Source of the DNA: Raillietiella orientalis
Lineage: Eukaryota
Direction of reading: 5' to 3'
DNA length: 64,000 nt
NCBI GenBank assembly: GCA_036172245.1
Contig: JAYWIR010000090.1
Coordinates: 62,001-126,000 of the forward strand
Under the pieces are notes generated by a model. The model worked only from the letters and a program-made list of their open reading frames with translations, was not told where the DNA came from and did not search any database. Both the position numbers and the translations under genes were made by a program. Shown piece after piece: positions 59,217 to 64,000 of the stretch. Within the stretch, counting starts at the first letter, position 1. Every line of letters begins with the position of its first letter.

Positions 59217-61524
59217 TTGGCGAGAGGACGTGTTTTTCCTTCGCTCTTCAGTGAGTAGACAGGAAGCGGTTTTCTTAGTGTGTTTTTGTGTGGAACATCG
59301 TTGGTGTCCGATGGTAGCGTTTCCTGAGGACACCACGATGGATGTAGGTGTGGGGGAGGCTTGCCCACCCTCACAGCCTACAGAATCAGGGACGTCCGAC
59401 CCGGAATCGCCCTCGCCGCCTAAAGCGAGGAGCTAAATCGCCATGGTGGCCGCGCCGAGCGCGGAAACCATGGCCGAGATGGCGGCCTACCAAGCACATG
59501 GGAACAAGTCCAGCTTGTTGTACCAGGTAGGCCCCTTATTTGATGGGAAAACGGCACGCGCGTTTTCGAAAGCGCTGCAAAACGCCGGAGCAAAAGAACA
59601 AGATCTTGACTGCCTGTTCGTTCTCAGCGGAGGTCAGCGAGTCGAGGTGGTGTGCAAGGAGATCACCTTGGCTCAGACTCTGATCACCAACCCGTTGAAC
59701 GTCGACGGCCGAAAGATCTTGCCGGTGACGATAGACCGCTCCGTGGTGGTCCATCTCACTGGAATAACGAGCCGTATGACTCGCTCTGCGGTAGCACAAG
59801 AACTGCAGAAGTTCGGCGAGGTGCACGCGCTGTGGCCTAAGCCAACAATCTTTGAAGGCTTCAATAGCCATTTCGGAGGCCAGGCTGCAGCGCGGGTAAC
59901 CGTGAGTAAGGATTGTGGGCTTCCCCACAAGCTGGAGGTCGCGCAAGAGAGCGTGGACCTCTGATACGCGGGAAAGCCCCGGTATTGCGGCTACTGCGAT
60001 ACCGTAGGACACCTTCGCAAGAGGTGTCCTAACATCCAATGCCACATGTGCGGGGAGAAGGGCCACGTTCGACGTGTGTGCCCAAAACGCCCCACCCCGG
60101 TTCCTCCTGCCGCGAAAAAGGCGCAGAAAAACGCACACTAAAGGTCACAAGACCTAAGGCGGACGCTGGCCGGCTGAAGCTGCCAGATCCTCAACCTCCA
60201 AAAGAAAAGACGGAGGATAAACCTTCCCAAGAGGCGGAAGGTGATGAGGGCTGGCAACTTGTAGCAGCCAGAAAAGAGAGAAAAGCTTCTTTAAAGGAGA
60301 AGAAAGAGAAGCCGGCCGGTAAGGCAAAAAAACCCGGGCCGCGTTCGAAAACCATACGCGAGTGCACGGTGGCACTGGAACGTATCGTCGTTCCGGAAGG
60401 TGCCACCCGGGGCGACGAGCCTCCCCTCGCCGTTTCCGTAGCGCCCGAAGTTCGCGACGGCGAACCCTCTGTGCAAACAGAGGGTGATCCGCGCGACGCG
60501 CCGGTCGACACCGGAGTCGCCGCGTTCGCAAAGGCGGCGGAGGAGCTCGCGGCCACGCTGGCGGAGCGTGAGAACCCGTCACGCAAGACCGTGCGAAGGC
60601 CGGCTCCCGCGAAAAAGGCCCCCACAGGTGAGTCGGACCTGGGAGCCGGAAGTGCATCCTCCTCCTCGGAGGCACCCCCCAGGAAGTCGGGACGCAAGTC
60701 CCAGAAACCCAGGAGGCGCCTCCCCTCCACCAGCGAGGAGGAGAAGCAGGAAGCTAGCGGTAGCGTGGGAATCCCGGAGGGGGAACTCCCACGCTCGGAA
60801 GCCGTCGAGCCGGCCACCCCCATGGAGAAGGGTGAGCAGGGGGGCGAAGTCCTCCCTGCAGTCGCCGAGCCTGAACAGCCCGCCCCCATGGAGGAGGGCC
60901 AACAGGTATGCGCGACCCCACCTGAGGGTGACCCGCTCGACGCGCCGTTACCCATGGAGGAGGGGGACCAGGTGCACGCAGCGCCTGACCCTCCTCCTCC
61001 ACCTAGCGTCACGCCCCAACAGGTGGCGGACGCCGCATCGCCATGTTCCCAGGAATAACACCTGGGCTCGCCAGTCGCCGTCGGATTCGCGCCGCCTGTT
61101 GGAACGTCAACGGGCTGCGCGACGACGGTAACAGGCGAGATACGGCCGACACCCTGCGTGAGCTCGACCTGGCCCTGCTGCAGGAGATCCACGTGATCAC
61201 CGCGGCAGACGCCCAGGAGATCGAGACGATCGCGGGGGGTCGGTTGTATTGGCGGTGCGGCCTCCGCAACACCTGCGTGTTCGCGTTCTTCGTAAAGCCG
61301 GCCATCGACGCTGCCGTGAAGGGCGTGCGCTTCGATGACGACGGTCGGGTCGGTCAGCTGATTCTCAGCTGGTCCGACTCGATCGAATTGATCGTCACGA
61401 ATGTGTACGCCCCAACCGGTCAAAAGGATACAGCGACCGCACCAGGCTGCTGGAATCCCTGAAGCGCGACTGGCTGGCGGACACGAACGTGCGGAAGGCT
61501 CACCTGATAGCGGGAGATTTCAAT
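59217..61524 (+). mobile_element. B1' (duplicate of the B1 5' segment)
   Basis: ORFs 59443..59964, 60039..61058, 61043..61462 equal B1 ORFs +49,418, with the same stop and frameshift. Confidence 0.93.
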
Positions 61525-64000
61525 CGCGTGCGGACGTGTTTTTCTTCGCTCTCGTCTCCGTGCTTTCATCCGCTTCATCTTGGCGTCGTACATTTTGACG
61601 ACGATGTCGACCCAACTTGAAGCTACTGAAGTAGGAATAACAGCATCCGGATCTGCAATCGCGGAACCGACGGCCGCCTCCACTTCGTCTTTCTCGCCAA
61701 TGGAGAGGAGTTTTGCTGACGTTGCTGCCACAGCAGCCGTCAAAGGGAAACCACTCGACGAGTCGGAGTTGCGGGCATACCTAGCCCAAGGCTATAGACC
61801 TGCTCTCCGATATAAGGTGAGTGGTTTTCTTTCTGCGCGCGACGGGAATCAGTTCAACGATGAACTGACCCGTGTTGGCGTGCGGGAGGAAGGACCTTCT
61901 CGCCATTATGCCCGTAAAAGACATGGGCTATTTCAAGGTGCGTTGCAAAGACGCTGCACTTGTGCAACGCTTGCTGCGCACCCCGTTGTCGATCCGTGGC
62001 CAGAAGGTCTTCCCGGCCGCCATGGACGACTCATTTGTGGTGGAGATTTTCGACATCGAGTCGGAAATCTCCGATACTGATATTCGGAACGCGTTGGCGA
62101 ACTTCGCCACGGTCCATGCGCTGTGGAGGGTGCGTAGCAACCTCAAGGACTTCCCGTCCATACACAGCGGAGTCGCTGGAGTCCGGCTTACAATGCCGGA
62201 CCGCCGTCTGCTGCCCACCAAACTACAGGTGAAAGACACGGTCGTTCACCTGTGGTTCGTGGGCAAAGCAAAAACGTGCAAGCAATGCGGGAAGGAGGGG
62301 CATTGTTTGGATAAATGCCCCTCTGGAAAATGCCGTTATTGCAAACTATCCGGGCACCAATTGAAAAATTGCCCGGATCTTTTGCGAAAAAAGGCAGCCG
62401 CAGAGCTCCATCCTAGAAAACAAAGCGCGGATAAAAAGAAAAAATCTGCGAAAAACCTGGACACCCCACGGCAGAAATTCGGTAAAAACGCGAGGCGGAA
62501 TGTCGCCCCAAAGCAGCAGGAAACCTCGCACGCGAAGCCCTGCGCGCCCCCTCTCGCGGCAGGGGAGCCGCAAAAGAAAGGGTGCGGGGAATCCGGGGCA
62601 ATGGTAAGTCCCCCTAGGCGCAATAGCTGTCCTTCGCAAGCACGCCCGGCTCTTTCGGAGTTCGTGCAACCGGCGGGGACGTCAATGGACAACGGCGGTA
62701 AGGACACTTCCAGTACCGTGAGATCCATTCCTTCACCTCCTGCAGTGGCTGAGAAGCCCAAATCGAGTAAGAAGGGTTGTGCAGTGTCGACTTCGAAAGT
62801 CGGCAAAAAAAAATCCGCGTCGCGATCCAACACCGCGAAAGTGGAGAAAAATCTCACGCCGTCGCAATCGGAGAGCAAGCTCTCGACTGGCGCGGATGCC
62901 ATGCCTACGAAGGGATTAAAATCCCTTCCGAAGGCAGCGTCCATGACGAGCGTGTCGAAGCCATCCAAAGTGCTCCCGTCCAAAGACGCGGATGGCTTCA
63001 AAGATGGTAATGGAGCACAATCTCCATTTACGGCGCCACGCGAAGTGAGGAACCGTAATGAAGTAAAGAAGACTTCAGCAAAGGTCCCTCGTGCAACTGC
63101 GCGTGAGCACGCTGAAAACGCGCGCGCCGGGAAAGCAGCCGTCACCAAAAGCGATGCTCTGGAGACGGAAAAAGGCAACAGGACAGCTGTCAATCCAGCA
63201 GAACCTGTCACTACTTCGCGGAAGGCCGAAACCCGATCGAACATGCGCCGGTCGGACTCCGAAATGGATGCCGTTCCGATCACCGAGACGAGGACAACTC
63301 GTTCGAAAGCGTGTGCGCGCCGATCAAAAGTAGGCAGCCAGGCAACTCTAGCCGCGAAGCCACGCGAAGTCTCCACGAAACCCGACGGGGATAAGCCTGG
63401 CGTGGAGGTATTACATGCATGCAGCACGACAGAGGACGGTGGCGACCGTCCCCTCCAGCCAGTCGTGCTGCTCGCCGTCTGCTCGCCGGATAAAGCGAGC
63501 AAAAAGCTGCCACCTTCCCACCAGTAATGCGGGGAATCGCGTCTTCTCGTCGTCTGTCCGTAACGTGTTGGAACGTGAACGGACTGCAGAACGACGAGAA
63601 GAGGCGATTAGTAGCCAACGCCCTGCGCCCCTTAGACCTTGCGCTGCTGCAGGAGATTCACGTAATCTCCGACGATCAGGCGGCCGAAATCGAGGAGCGC
63701 GCAGGCGGAACGCTACATTGGCGGTGCGGCGGCGCACACACGTGCGGCGTCGCGTTCCTCGTAAGAGGAAAAATGGCGGAAGCGGTGCGTAGTGTTCGTT
63801 TCGATGACAACGGACGGATAGGCCAGCTTGTCATCAAGTGGTCCGAGTCCATCGATCTCGTCGTTACGAAAGTCTACGCGCCGAGTGGCTCTCGCTACCT
63901 CGAAGAAAGAGTAGCTTTCTTTGGTGAGGTGCAGAGCCAGTGGCTCAACAACTCCGGCTTCCAAGTGGCGCACCTCGTCGCTGGGGACTTCAACGTCCGC
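61525..64000 (+). mobile_element. LINE family C, copy C3 (5' part; runs off the window)
   Basis: Follows ATTTCAAT; ORF1 61872..63527 (551 aa open); TAATG 63525-63529; APE to GDFN. Confidence 0.93.

Larger units (their letters stand above)
55350..64000 (+). repeat. Near-identical direct segmental duplication of 5932-14582
   Basis: Constant ORF offset of 49,418-49,419 bp across four different elements and their junctions. Confidence 0.95.

Noticed and set aside
1..64000. LTR retrotransposon, group II intron, retron or DGR interpretation of the RTs
   Set aside because: An N-terminal APE domain, C-terminal CCHC, AATAAA 3' ends and variable-length TSDs define non-LTR elements. No LTR, protease, integrase or template/variable repeat pair was seen.
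1..64000. RIP or heavy CpG-decay signature
   Set aside because: Some stops are TGG>TGA/TAG or CGA>TGA, but GC content and CpG remain high and the duplicates are near-identical. This was not quantified.

Overview
Eukaryotic, GC-rich window made entirely of non-LTR retrotransposons of the L1/Tx1-like type. ORF1 carries CCHC zinc knuckles; ORF2 carries an AP-like endonuclease, a reverse transcriptase and a C-terminal CCHC. I found no host gene, RNA gene or CRISPR array. About 17 copies or fragments from roughly seven related families (my labels A, B/G, C, D/H, E, F/J, I) are nested inside one another. Each family appears to insert at its own fixed nucleotide position inside the ORFs of related elements, almost always antisense, with target-site duplications (TSDs) visible at several junctions. 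Most families share a 5' (G/A)GACGTGTT motif, a TAATG/TGATG ORF1-ORF2 overlap, and an AATAAA+hairpin 3' terminus with no long poly(A). Every copy has stops or frameshifts. Two duplications are superimposed: a near-identical direct one (5932-14582 vs 55350-64000, offset 49,418 bp) and an older inverted one (1-5940 vs 35396-41324). Patchy mosaicism suggests gene conversion. Family labels, boundaries (mostly within a few bp) and similarity judgements were made by eye; no search or alignment was run.
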